In this document: positions 47,253 through 55,179 of the stretch, piece after piece | How the letters are laid out: each line of letters opens with the position of its first letter | Numbering within the stretch: the stretch's first letter is position 1 | Assembly: GCA_964591015.1 (NCBI GenBank) | Contig: CAZPXM010000002.1 | Coordinates: 4,342-68,341 of the forward strand | Origin: an uncultured Gemmatimonadaceae bacterium | GTDB lineage: Bacteria > Latescibacterota > UBA2968 > UBA8231 | DNA: 64,000 nt | Direction: 5' to 3' | Notes under the pieces: model-generated | Seen by the model: the letters and a program-made list of their open reading frames with translations, nothing else | Databases searched by the model: none | Told to the model about the DNA's origin: nothing | Position numbers and translations under genes: made by a program

Positions 47253-48656
47253 TCAGCGCTCCAGCTCGATGCTCGCCAGCACGTCTGCGTACACCTGGAT
47301 CTGGTCGCCGTACTGCTGGCGCAGGCGGGCGATGAACTCGTCCATCGCCCGGTCAGCGGCGGACCGCTGGAGCAGCCGGCGCGCGCGTTCCCGCACGGCC
47401 AGGCTGGCGGCATCGGCAGCCTGCGCGGTGTCCCGGTCGTGCGGATCGCGCCTGGCCAGCAGGAACGAATCCACCTGGGCATCGGCGACGGCGGAGATCT
47501 TTCCCTGGCCCTCGAGGCGGTAGAGCTCGGCGGCCATCAGCTGGTCGCGCTTGCCCTCCACCTGGGCCCGGATATCCGGCAGGCGATCGTACCCGAGCCG
47601 CCGCGCCTCTGTCATCATGATGCGCTGGCCAGCCAGGTTGTCGACCAGCTTCTGCAGTTCGGGGAGCGGCAGCGACGACGGATGGCGGACCCGCCCCGAG
47701 GTGTGCAGGGCCAGGTAGTCTCTGCAGGTGAACTGACCGCCCTGCCAGGTGAGCAGAGGCTCGTCTTCCCCTGGCCACTCCTTGCTGTCGGCCGGCAGAG
47801 CGTGCAGGCGGCCCAGGGCCTCGGCGTGGGCAGTCAGCCGATAGCGCTCGCGGAGCTCGGACACATAGCGCGCTCGGGCCTGGCTCCGGCGCTCGCTGTC
47901 CAGCTTGCGCTGGATCACGGCGCGAACCGAGTCGAGCGGCACCTCGCGCCGGCCGTTCAGGCGGAACACATGGAAGCCCAGCGAACTGGCGACCGGCTCG
48001 GCCGTCAGGCTGCCGACGGGCATGGTGCGCATGGGTTCCACCAGGGGGGGCAGCATGTCGGCCAGCAGGAACCAGCCGATGTTGCCGTCTTCGCCGAAAC
48101 GGCGGCGAACGTTCGGCAGCGAGTACCGAGGCGCGAGTTCCGCGAAGCTCCTGCCGGCGCGCAGCTCGGCCAGTGCCAGGCGGGCGCTGTCCGCCGAAGG
48201 GCAGACGATCTGCTCGCTGAGGACCTCGGTGTCGTAGTGGTTCCGGCGGTAGTACGACTCGATCTCTTCGTCGGCGGGCTGACCGGACGCGGGGACGGCC
48301 TGACGCGCGTACAGCGTCTCGATGAGGGCCCGCTGCTCCAGGCGCGCTACCTGGTCGGCGATCTGCGGCTCGCGGTCCAGGCCGCGGTGCAGGGCCTCCA
48401 GCACGATCAACTTCTGCGCGATCACGTCGGCGAGCAGTTGTTGCCTGACCGTCGCGTCGATGGTGTCCAGGTCGCGGTACCCCGGTGCCGCGCGCAGCAA
48501 GCGCGCGGCCTGGGCGCGGAAGTCCGCGGCGGTGATCTGGACGGCACCGACGCGGGCGACCACGGACCCGTCTCCGGTGGTCGCGCAGGCTCCCCAGGCC
48601 GCGACCAGGGCGCTGGCAGCGACCGCGAACGACGGTAGCAGCGAGGCTGGTCTCAT
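47253..48656 (-). CDS. SurA/PpiD-like periplasmic chaperone with parvulin-type peptidyl-prolyl isomerase domain
   Basis: A signal peptide (MRPASLLPSFAVAASALVAAWGA), SurA-N-like helices, and a PpiC-type domain (GWFLLADMLPP...GFHVFRL). The start is the ATG at 48656 with a GAGGAG RBS. Confidence 0.65.
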   Translation of the reverse strand: MRPASLLPSFAVAASALVAAWGACATTGDGSVVARVGAVQITAADFRAQAARLLRAAPGYRDLDTIDATVRQQLLADVIAQKLIVLEALHRGLDREPQIADQVARLEQRALIETLYARQAVPASGQPADEEIESYYRRNHYDTEVLSEQIVCPSADSARLALAELRAGRSFAELAPRYSLPNVRRRFGEDGNIGWFLLADMLPPLVEPMRTMPVGSLTAEPVASSLGFHVFRLNGRREVPLDSVRAVIQRKLDSERRSQARARYVSELRERYRLTAHAEALGRLHALPADSKEWPGEDEPLLTWQGGQFTCRDYLALHTSGRVRHPSSLPLPELQKLVDNLAGQRIMMTEARRLGYDRLPDIRAQVEGKRDQLMAAELYRLEGQGKISAVADAQVDSFLLARRDPHDRDTAQAADAASLAVRERARRLLQRSAADRAMDEFIARLRQQYGDQIQVYADVLASIELER

Positions 48657-48840
48657 CGCTCCTCGTCCATCCCTCGGTGTTCGGTGAGTGCTTCGGGGCG
48701 CGATCCCACGGCAGCGCGTGCGCCGCCGCGCGCGGCGGCGCACGCTGCCAGGAAGCGGACGGATGAATATAGGCGGGCTCCTCGCCTCGGCCAGCCGCGA
48801 GCGTAGACACTGGCTGGCGACGGCTCTATACTTCCACGCC

Positions 48841-50154
48841 ATGGCGAGGGACGATCTCCGGCACTGTCTGTGGGCGCTGGTCGTGGCGGGGTTGGCGGCG
48901 CCGCTGGCACCGGGCGCGGTCTCGGCCCAGCCGGCGGGCGCTGCAGGCGGGGGTCTGTCAGGAGAGCGAGCCCCGGGCGCCGCCGACTCTGCGGCCGCGC
49001 TCGTGGCGCAGGGCAAGACGCTGCTCGGCGCCGGGCAGTACGGCGAGGCGGTCGAGCTGCTGCGCCAGGCGGCTGCCCTGGCCCCGGAGGATGCCGCGGC
49101 GCACTTCCACCTGGGCAATGCCTGGTTCCAGGTGGCGCGGTACGAGGAGGCCCTCGCCGCGTTCCGGGAAGCGGCGCGCCTCGATCCCGGGTTCGCCGCG
49201 GCGCACGCGAATCAGGGCGGTGTGCTGGCGACCATGGAGCGTTTCCCCGAGGCAGCCGCGGCCTTCGCGCGCGCCGTGGCGCTCGACTCCACCTACGTCC
49301 TGGCGCTGAACGGCCTCGGGAAGATCCACTTGCACGATGGTGCCTACGGCGAGGCAGAGGCGGCGTTCCAGCGGGCGGTGCGCGCAGATCCGGCCTGCGC
49401 GGAGGCATGGTACAACCTGGGCGAGGTGCGCCTGAAGGCCGGGCAGCACGAGCAGGCCCTGAGCGCCTACCGCCGGGCCACCGAGGTCGACAGCACCTCG
49501 GCGGCGGCCTGGGCCGGGATGGGCGCAGCGCTGCACCAGAAAGGCGAGCACGCCGCCGCCGTCCCGCACTTCGAGCGCGCCCTGCGGCTGGACCCGCACC
49601 TGCGCCGGGCTCATTTCGGCCTGGGGAGCGCCTTGCTGCGCCTGGGGCGGCGCGACGAGGGCATGCGGGAGCTGGCCGAGGCGCGGGCCCTGGAGGCCCA
49701 GGACACGCGCCTGGACGAGCTGCTCTACGCGCTGACGTCCTACCCGGACGACCCGACGATCCGTGTCGAGCTCGGGCTCCAGTACGCTCGCCGGGGGCAG
49801 TACGCGCTGGCGGCTGCCCAGTACCAGCAGGCGCTGGCGCTGGACTCGACGCTCGTGCAGGCGCTCCACAACCTCGGCAACCTGCACCTGCGCGCCGGGC
49901 GGCCCGAGGCGGCGGCCGCGCTCTACCGCCGGGCGCTGGCCGTGGACTCGACCTACGGACTGGCGCACGCCGGCCTGGGCCACGTGCACATGCTGCGGCG
50001 CGAGTTCGGGGCGGCGCAGGCGGCCTTTGCGCGCGCCGCCGCCCTGCGTCCGGACGACAGCTCTCTGGCCCGGTACGCCCAGATCGCGGCCGAGCTGGAA
50101 GCCAGGGAGGCGGCCGGCAGCGAGCCCGCGCGGGCCGGTCCGGGACCGCCCTGA
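48841..50154 (+). CDS. Secreted tetratricopeptide-repeat (TPR) protein
   Basis: A signal peptide followed by at least 9 consecutive 34-residue TPR-like repeats (AxxHxxLGxAxxxxGxYxEAxxAFxxAxxLDP pattern). The start is the ATG at 48841, with an alternative at 48763. Confidence 0.65.
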   Translation: MARDDLRHCLWALVVAGLAAPLAPGAVSAQPAGAAGGGLSGERAPGAADSAAALVAQGKTLLGAGQYGEAVELLRQAAALAPEDAAAHFHLGNAWFQVARYEEALAAFREAARLDPGFAAAHANQGGVLATMERFPEAAAAFARAVALDSTYVLALNGLGKIHLHDGAYGEAEAAFQRAVRADPACAEAWYNLGEVRLKAGQHEQALSAYRRATEVDSTSAAAWAGMGAALHQKGEHAAAVPHFERALRLDPHLRRAHFGLGSALLRLGRRDEGMRELAEARALEAQDTRLDELLYALTSYPDDPTIRVELGLQYARRGQYALAAAQYQQALALDSTLVQALHNLGNLHLRAGRPEAAAALYRRALAVDSTYGLAHAGLGHVHMLRREFGAAQAAFARAAALRPDDSSLARYAQIAAELEAREAAGSEPARAGPGPP

Positions 50155-50197
50155 GGCGGGCCGCGTGACCGGGGCGCGGCCGGCGTCGGCCGGGCGG

Positions 50198-50629
50198 CTA
50201 GTCGGGCTCCTTGGCGGCGATGCAGCTTATCTCCACGCGGAACCCGAAGGCGATCTGCTGGCCGCCGACGCAGGCGCGTGCCGGGAACCTGTCCGGGAAG
50301 AACGAGGCGTACACGGCATTCACCTCCTGGTAGTCGGCCATGTCGCTCAGGTAGACGTTGGCGAACACCACGTCGGCGAAGGTAAAGCCGTGCGCGGCGA
50401 GCTGCGTGCCGATGTTCTCCATCACCTGCCGGGTCTCGGCGGCGACGGATTCCCGCACCTCAGCGCCGTCCGGGGTGCGGGGGAGCTGGCCGCTCACATA
50501 GAGCGTGTTGCCGACCAGGCGGGCGGCGCTGAACGGCAGGGGGGCGACCGGCGCTGCCTCCGGGGCCCCGGCGCAGACGGCGGCCGTGGCGCAGAGGACC
50601 GCCGGCACCGCGAGCAGGTAGCGTGACAT
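50198..50629 (-). CDS. RidA/YjgF/TdcF-family reactive-intermediate deaminase with N-terminal signal peptide (exported)
   Basis: The RidA core (TLYVSGQLP...ETRQVMENIGTQLAAHG...VYLSDMADYQEVNAVYASFF...PARACV) is preceded by MSRYLLAVPAVLCATAAVCAGAPEA. The start is the ATG at 50629. Confidence 0.75.
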   Translation of the reverse strand: MSRYLLAVPAVLCATAAVCAGAPEAAPVAPLPFSAARLVGNTLYVSGQLPRTPDGAEVRESVAAETRQVMENIGTQLAAHGFTFADVVFANVYLSDMADYQEVNAVYASFFPDRFPARACVGGQQIAFGFRVEISCIAAKEPD

Positions 50630-50803
50630 GGCGTCTTCCTCCGAGTAGAACGTTGTGGACGAAAGGTAGTGCACCAGCTCGTTCCGGCGAGTCCCACATG
50701 ACCAGTGGGCCTCGGGCGCAGGGGCCCGCGCTCGACGCCGGTTGACTGACCGCGCCGGCTGGGCTTAGTTGTGCCCGTCCGGCAACAGCTCACGGAGGAT
50801 GGC

Positions 50804-52102
50804 ATGGAGAGGCGTGAATTCGTCAAGGGACTGGCGGCCGGTCTGGTAGCCGTGCCGCTGCTGCGGGAAGCTGCTGCGGCGCTGGGGTCGCGACTGGAGA
50901 GCCTGCGAGCCGATCTCGGCGCGAGCGCCCAGGGGCCGGCCTACTGGGAGCGCGTCGGGCGCGAGTTCATGCTGAATCCCGACCTGGTTCACCTGAACAC
51001 GGGCAGCGTCGGCGCCGCGCCCCAGATGGTCATCGAGGCGCTGGCAGCCTGCGCGCGCCAGATCGAGGGCGACCCGGTGCACAACGTGTGGGGCGGCGTG
51101 GGCGATGCCATGGAGGAGGTCCGCGCCCGCGCGGCCGCCTTCATCGGCGCCGACGTCGACGAGGTGATGATCACGCGGAACACGACCGAGGGCATGAACG
51201 AGACCGCCGTGGGACTCCATCTCAGCCCCGGCGACGAGGTGCTCACGACCGATCACGAGCACGGCGGCGGCATGGCCTGCTGGCAATACCTGGCCAAGCA
51301 TGCGGGCGTGCGGGTCCGGTACCTGGAGATCCCGGACCCGGTGCAGAGCAAGGAACAGCTCGTGGGACTGGTCGCGGCCCAGCTCACCCCGAAAACCCGC
51401 GTGTGCAGCTTCAGCCACGTGTGCACGATCACGGGCATGGTCTTCCCGATGGCGGAGGTGGCGGCGCTGACGCGGCCGCGCGGCATCGTCCTGGTGTGCG
51501 ACGGGGCCCAGGTCCCCGGCATGCTCCAGGTCGACGTCAAGCGCCTCGGCGTGGATGTCTACTGCAGCAGCAGCCACAAGTGGATGCTCGCGCCCAAGGG
51601 CTCGGGCCTTCTCTATGTCCGCCGCGAGATGCAGGAACGGGTGGCCCCGCCCATGCTGTCCAACGGCATGCACGCCTATACGGGGGCGACGGGAACCCGC
51701 AATGTGCCGACCATCGTCGCGCACGGCGTCGCCATCGACTTCCACAACGCCATCGGCCGCGATCAGGTGGAGGCGCGCTGCCGCCAGTTGAGCAGCCTGG
51801 TGCGCGAGCGCCTGGGCGCCATCCCCGGGCTGACGTGTCTCTCGCCAGCCGCCCCCGAGCTCTCCTCGGCGATCTGCACGTTTGCGGTGGACCGGGCGCG
51901 GGGGGACAGCAGCCAGATCGCGACCCGGCTGTTCGCCGAACACCGGATCGTCGTCAAGGTCGCCCAGGGCACCTATGCGTACGTGCCGCCCGAGGAGGCG
52001 CGGCCGCGCAACCACAACGCGCTGCGCATCTCGACGCACATCTACAACAGCGAGCGGCAGGTGGAGCGCCTGGCGGACGCCCTGGCCAGCATGGTGGGGT
52101 AG
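50804..52102 (+). CDS. Class-V aminotransferase-fold PLP-dependent enzyme (cysteine desulfurase / isopenicillin-N-epimerase-like) with a twin-arginine (Tat) signal peptide
   Basis: The Tat motif ERREFVKG followed by a hydrophobic stretch. An AT-V fold (HLNTGSVGAAP, TRNTTEGMN, a PLP-lysine region SSSHKWMLAPKGSGLLYV). The start is the ATG at 50804 with a GGAGG RBS. Confidence 0.75.
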   Translation: MERREFVKGLAAGLVAVPLLREAAAALGSRLESLRADLGASAQGPAYWERVGREFMLNPDLVHLNTGSVGAAPQMVIEALAACARQIEGDPVHNVWGGVGDAMEEVRARAAAFIGADVDEVMITRNTTEGMNETAVGLHLSPGDEVLTTDHEHGGGMACWQYLAKHAGVRVRYLEIPDPVQSKEQLVGLVAAQLTPKTRVCSFSHVCTITGMVFPMAEVAALTRPRGIVLVCDGAQVPGMLQVDVKRLGVDVYCSSSHKWMLAPKGSGLLYVRREMQERVAPPMLSNGMHAYTGATGTRNVPTIVAHGVAIDFHNAIGRDQVEARCRQLSSLVRERLGAIPGLTCLSPAAPELSSAICTFAVDRARGDSSQIATRLFAEHRIVVKVAQGTYAYVPPEEARPRNHNALRISTHIYNSERQVERLADALASMVG

Positions 52103-52145
52103 TCGGCGGCAGCGATCGCGGCCGGCCGCGCGGCGCGCGGCGGCA

Positions 52146-52835
52146 CTACCGGGCGGCGGCCATCTCGGCGCGGATCTCCTTGATCCAGGCGATGCACTGC
52201 GCCACCTTGGCCGCGATGCCGTCCCAGTCCTTGGCCGCGACGAGCTCCTTGGTGATCAGGTTCGAGCCGGCCCCGACCGCGGCCACGCCGGCCTTGAACC
52301 AGGCCTCAAGGCTGGCTCGCGTGGCGTCCACGCCGCCGGTCGGCATGATGCGGGTCCAGGGGCACGGCCCGGCCACCGCCTTGACGAACTTGGGGCCGCC
52401 CACCTCGCTGCCCGGGAAGACCTTGACGATCTCGACGCCCAGCTCTTCCGCCTGCGCGATCTCGGTGACGCTGCCGCAGCCGGGCGAGTAGGCGATCTTG
52501 CGCCGGTTGCACAGCCTGGCGACCTCCGGGTTGAGCAGGGGCCCGACCACGAAGTTGGCGCCGTTGGCGATGTACAGCGCCGCGGTGGGAGCATCGACCA
52601 CAGAGCCGACGCCCATGATGACCTTGCTGCCGGTCGCCATCACGTGGCGCATGATCTCGGTGAACACGTGATAGGCCAGATCGCCGCGGTTGGTGAACTC
52701 GGCGACGCGAGCTCCACCCTTGACGCAGGCTTCCACGATCTGGATGGCAGTGGCCGGATCCTTGTGGTAGAACACCGGCACCAGGCCGACATCGTAGATG
52801 GCGTTGAGCACGGCCATCCGGTCATACTGTGCCAT
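52146..52835 (-). CDS. eda: KDPG/KHG aldolase (2-dehydro-3-deoxy-phosphogluconate aldolase family)
   Basis: A 229-aa product with an Eda-like N-terminus (LVPVFYHKDPATAIQIVEACVKGGARVAEFTNRG) and the Schiff-base-lysine region VKVFPG. Confidence 0.75.
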   Translation of the reverse strand: MAQYDRMAVLNAIYDVGLVPVFYHKDPATAIQIVEACVKGGARVAEFTNRGDLAYHVFTEIMRHVMATGSKVIMGVGSVVDAPTAALYIANGANFVVGPLLNPEVARLCNRRKIAYSPGCGSVTEIAQAEELGVEIVKVFPGSEVGGPKFVKAVAGPCPWTRIMPTGGVDATRASLEAWFKAGVAAVGAGSNLITKELVAAKDWDGIAAKVAQCIAWIKEIRAEMAAAR

Positions 52836-53241
52836 GGCATCCCCCTTGCGATGCGGGTTAGGAGTGTCCGCGCGCCGCGTCCGAACGTTGTCCGGAGCGC
52901 GGCGGCGCACTCTGGGCCGGACAATCTCTCGGCACCTGGACCCGGTGTCAAGACGGCCCCCGGCGCCACCGGGGGTTCCGGGTGCGGCATGGGGAGGCCT
53001 GAGCCCGCAAGGCTCGGGAGGTACTTGCACCGGCAACCCGCGGGGCGAGTTCTTTTGAGCAGGGGGGCGCGGCCGGGCAGCGGCGCGCCGCTGCGGGCCC
53101 TGGCCGGAGTCGGGGCCGGTCTCCGGTCGCGCAACGACTCTGGCCGCATGCTGAGCGCCCGTGGCAGGGTTGACGATTCCCGGCGGTGGCCACCCGGGCA
53201 CGTGTGCCCAGGTGCCGTCCGCTGGCTTCCTGGAGACGACG

Positions 53242-55134
53242 ATGGCGAACGGATGGAATGGCAGGATCCTGCAGGTTGACCTCACGCACGGCCGGTGCAG
53301 CGAGGAACGGCTGGACCCGCTCACCTGCCGGCGCTACCTGGGAGGCGGCGGCCTCGGCGCCTACTACCTCCTGCGCGAGACGCCGCGCGCGGCCGACCCG
53401 TTGGGCCCGGAAAACAGGCTGATCTTCATGACGGGCCCGCTGAACGGTCTGCCCCTCCCCGGCGCCAACCGCTACTCGGCGGTGGCCAGGTCGCCACTGA
53501 CCGGCGGCTTCGGCGAATCGGAGGCGGGCGGGTACTGGGGGCCCGAACTACGGGCCGCCGGGTACGATGGCATCGTCGTGCACGGCCAGGCCGCCGAGCC
53601 GGTGTACCTGCTCGTCCGCGACGGCGAGGCCGAGCTGCGCAGCGCCGCTGCCTACTGGGGGCAGCCAGCCGCCAGGGTGCAGCGCGGTCTGGAGGAGGAG
53701 TTCGGCGACCGGCGGCTCCGGGTGCTGCAGGTCGGGATCGCCGGCGAGAACCGCGTGCGCTTCGCCGGCATCGTCAACCAGCTGCACCACTTCCACGGGC
53801 GCGCCGGTCTGGGGGCCGTGATGGGGGCCAAGCGGCTCAAGGCCATCGTCTGTCGGGGCCACGGCAAGGTCGAGCCCCACGACCCGGCTGCAGTCCGGCA
53901 ATTGCTGGCCTGGTTCCGCGCGAACTACGACCCCGCGGGCGATCCCCGGCACGACATGGGCACGGCCAACGGCGTGCTGCCGCTGGACCGCGCCGGCATC
54001 CTGCCCACGCGCAACTTCCGCGAGGGGTCGTTCGAGCACGCGGCGGCGATCAGCGGCCAGACCCTGCGCGACACGATCCTGGTCCGGCGCGGCACGTGCT
54101 ACGCCTGCCCCGTGACCTGCAAGAGGGAGGTGGCGGTGCCCGAGCGGGGCGTCACGCCCGAGCACGGCGGGCCCGAGTACGAGACGATCGCGGCGCACGG
54201 GTCCCTGTTGGGGATCGGCGCTCTGGGGCACATCGCCGCGGCGAACATGGTGTGCGCCGAATACGTGGTGGACACGATCTCGTCGGGCGCGGTCATTGCC
54301 TTCGCCATGGAATGCTACGAGCACGGGATCATCACGCGGGCCGACACCGGCGGGCTGGAGCTGACCTTCGGGAACCAGGAGGCGGCGCTGCGTCTGCTGG
54401 AGATGATCTGCCGGCGCGAGGGCATCGGCGACCTGCTCGCCGAGGGCGTGCGGTACGCTGCCGCCCGACTCGGACGGGGCGCGGAGAGATTCGCCCTGCA
54501 CGTCAAGGGCCAGGAGCTGCCCATGCACGAGCCGCGCGGCAAGCGCAGCCTGGTGCTCGCCTACGCCACCTCGGCGACCGGCGCCGATCACATGGAAGCA
54601 CCCCACGATCCGGTGTACCAGGCGGCCGACGCGGATGGCACGGGTCCGCTGTCGGCCCTGGGGCTCATCGAGCCAGTGGAGCCCCTGGATACGGGGCCGG
54701 CCAAGGTCAAGGCCTTCTACTACGGGCAGCAGGTCTGGGGGCTGTACGATACGGTGGGCCTGTGCGACTTCGTGGGCGAGCCGATCGGTCCTCTGGGCCT
54801 GGACAAGCTGGTCGAGGTGGTGCAGGCCGCCACCGGCTGGCCCGTGAGCCTGTTCGAGCTGCTCAAGGCCGCGGAGCGCGCCAACAACCTGAAGCGAGTT
54901 TACAACGTCCGCGAGGGGCTGCGGCCCGCGGACGATCGGCTGCCGGAGCGGCTGTTCGAACCGCTGCGGAACGGGGCTCTGGCGGGGGCGGCGCTGCGCC
55001 GCGAGGAGGTGGATGCCATGCTCGCCACCTATTACCAGATGGCCGGCTGGGATCCGCAGACCGGCTTTCCGCTGCCGGCCAAGCTGGCCGAGCTGGACCT
55101 GGCGTGGCTCGAACGGGAGCGGCCGCGACCGTAG
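53242..55134 (+). CDS. aor: Tungsten-type aldehyde:ferredoxin oxidoreductase (AOR family)
   Basis: An AOR N-terminal domain (ILQVDLTHGRCSEE, GGGGLGAYYL), 4Fe-4S ligands, and a DTVGLCDF-type motif. The product is 630 aa. The start is the ATG at 53242. Confidence 0.85.
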   Translation: MANGWNGRILQVDLTHGRCSEERLDPLTCRRYLGGGGLGAYYLLRETPRAADPLGPENRLIFMTGPLNGLPLPGANRYSAVARSPLTGGFGESEAGGYWGPELRAAGYDGIVVHGQAAEPVYLLVRDGEAELRSAAAYWGQPAARVQRGLEEEFGDRRLRVLQVGIAGENRVRFAGIVNQLHHFHGRAGLGAVMGAKRLKAIVCRGHGKVEPHDPAAVRQLLAWFRANYDPAGDPRHDMGTANGVLPLDRAGILPTRNFREGSFEHAAAISGQTLRDTILVRRGTCYACPVTCKREVAVPERGVTPEHGGPEYETIAAHGSLLGIGALGHIAAANMVCAEYVVDTISSGAVIAFAMECYEHGIITRADTGGLELTFGNQEAALRLLEMICRREGIGDLLAEGVRYAAARLGRGAERFALHVKGQELPMHEPRGKRSLVLAYATSATGADHMEAPHDPVYQAADADGTGPLSALGLIEPVEPLDTGPAKVKAFYYGQQVWGLYDTVGLCDFVGEPIGPLGLDKLVEVVQAATGWPVSLFELLKAAERANNLKRVYNVREGLRPADDRLPERLFEPLRNGALAGAALRREEVDAMLATYYQMAGWDPQTGFPLPAKLAELDLAWLERERPRP

Positions 55135-55179
55135 CGCCCCGCCGGCGGCGCGCGCCTGCCGCGGGCAGCCATGGGCCCG

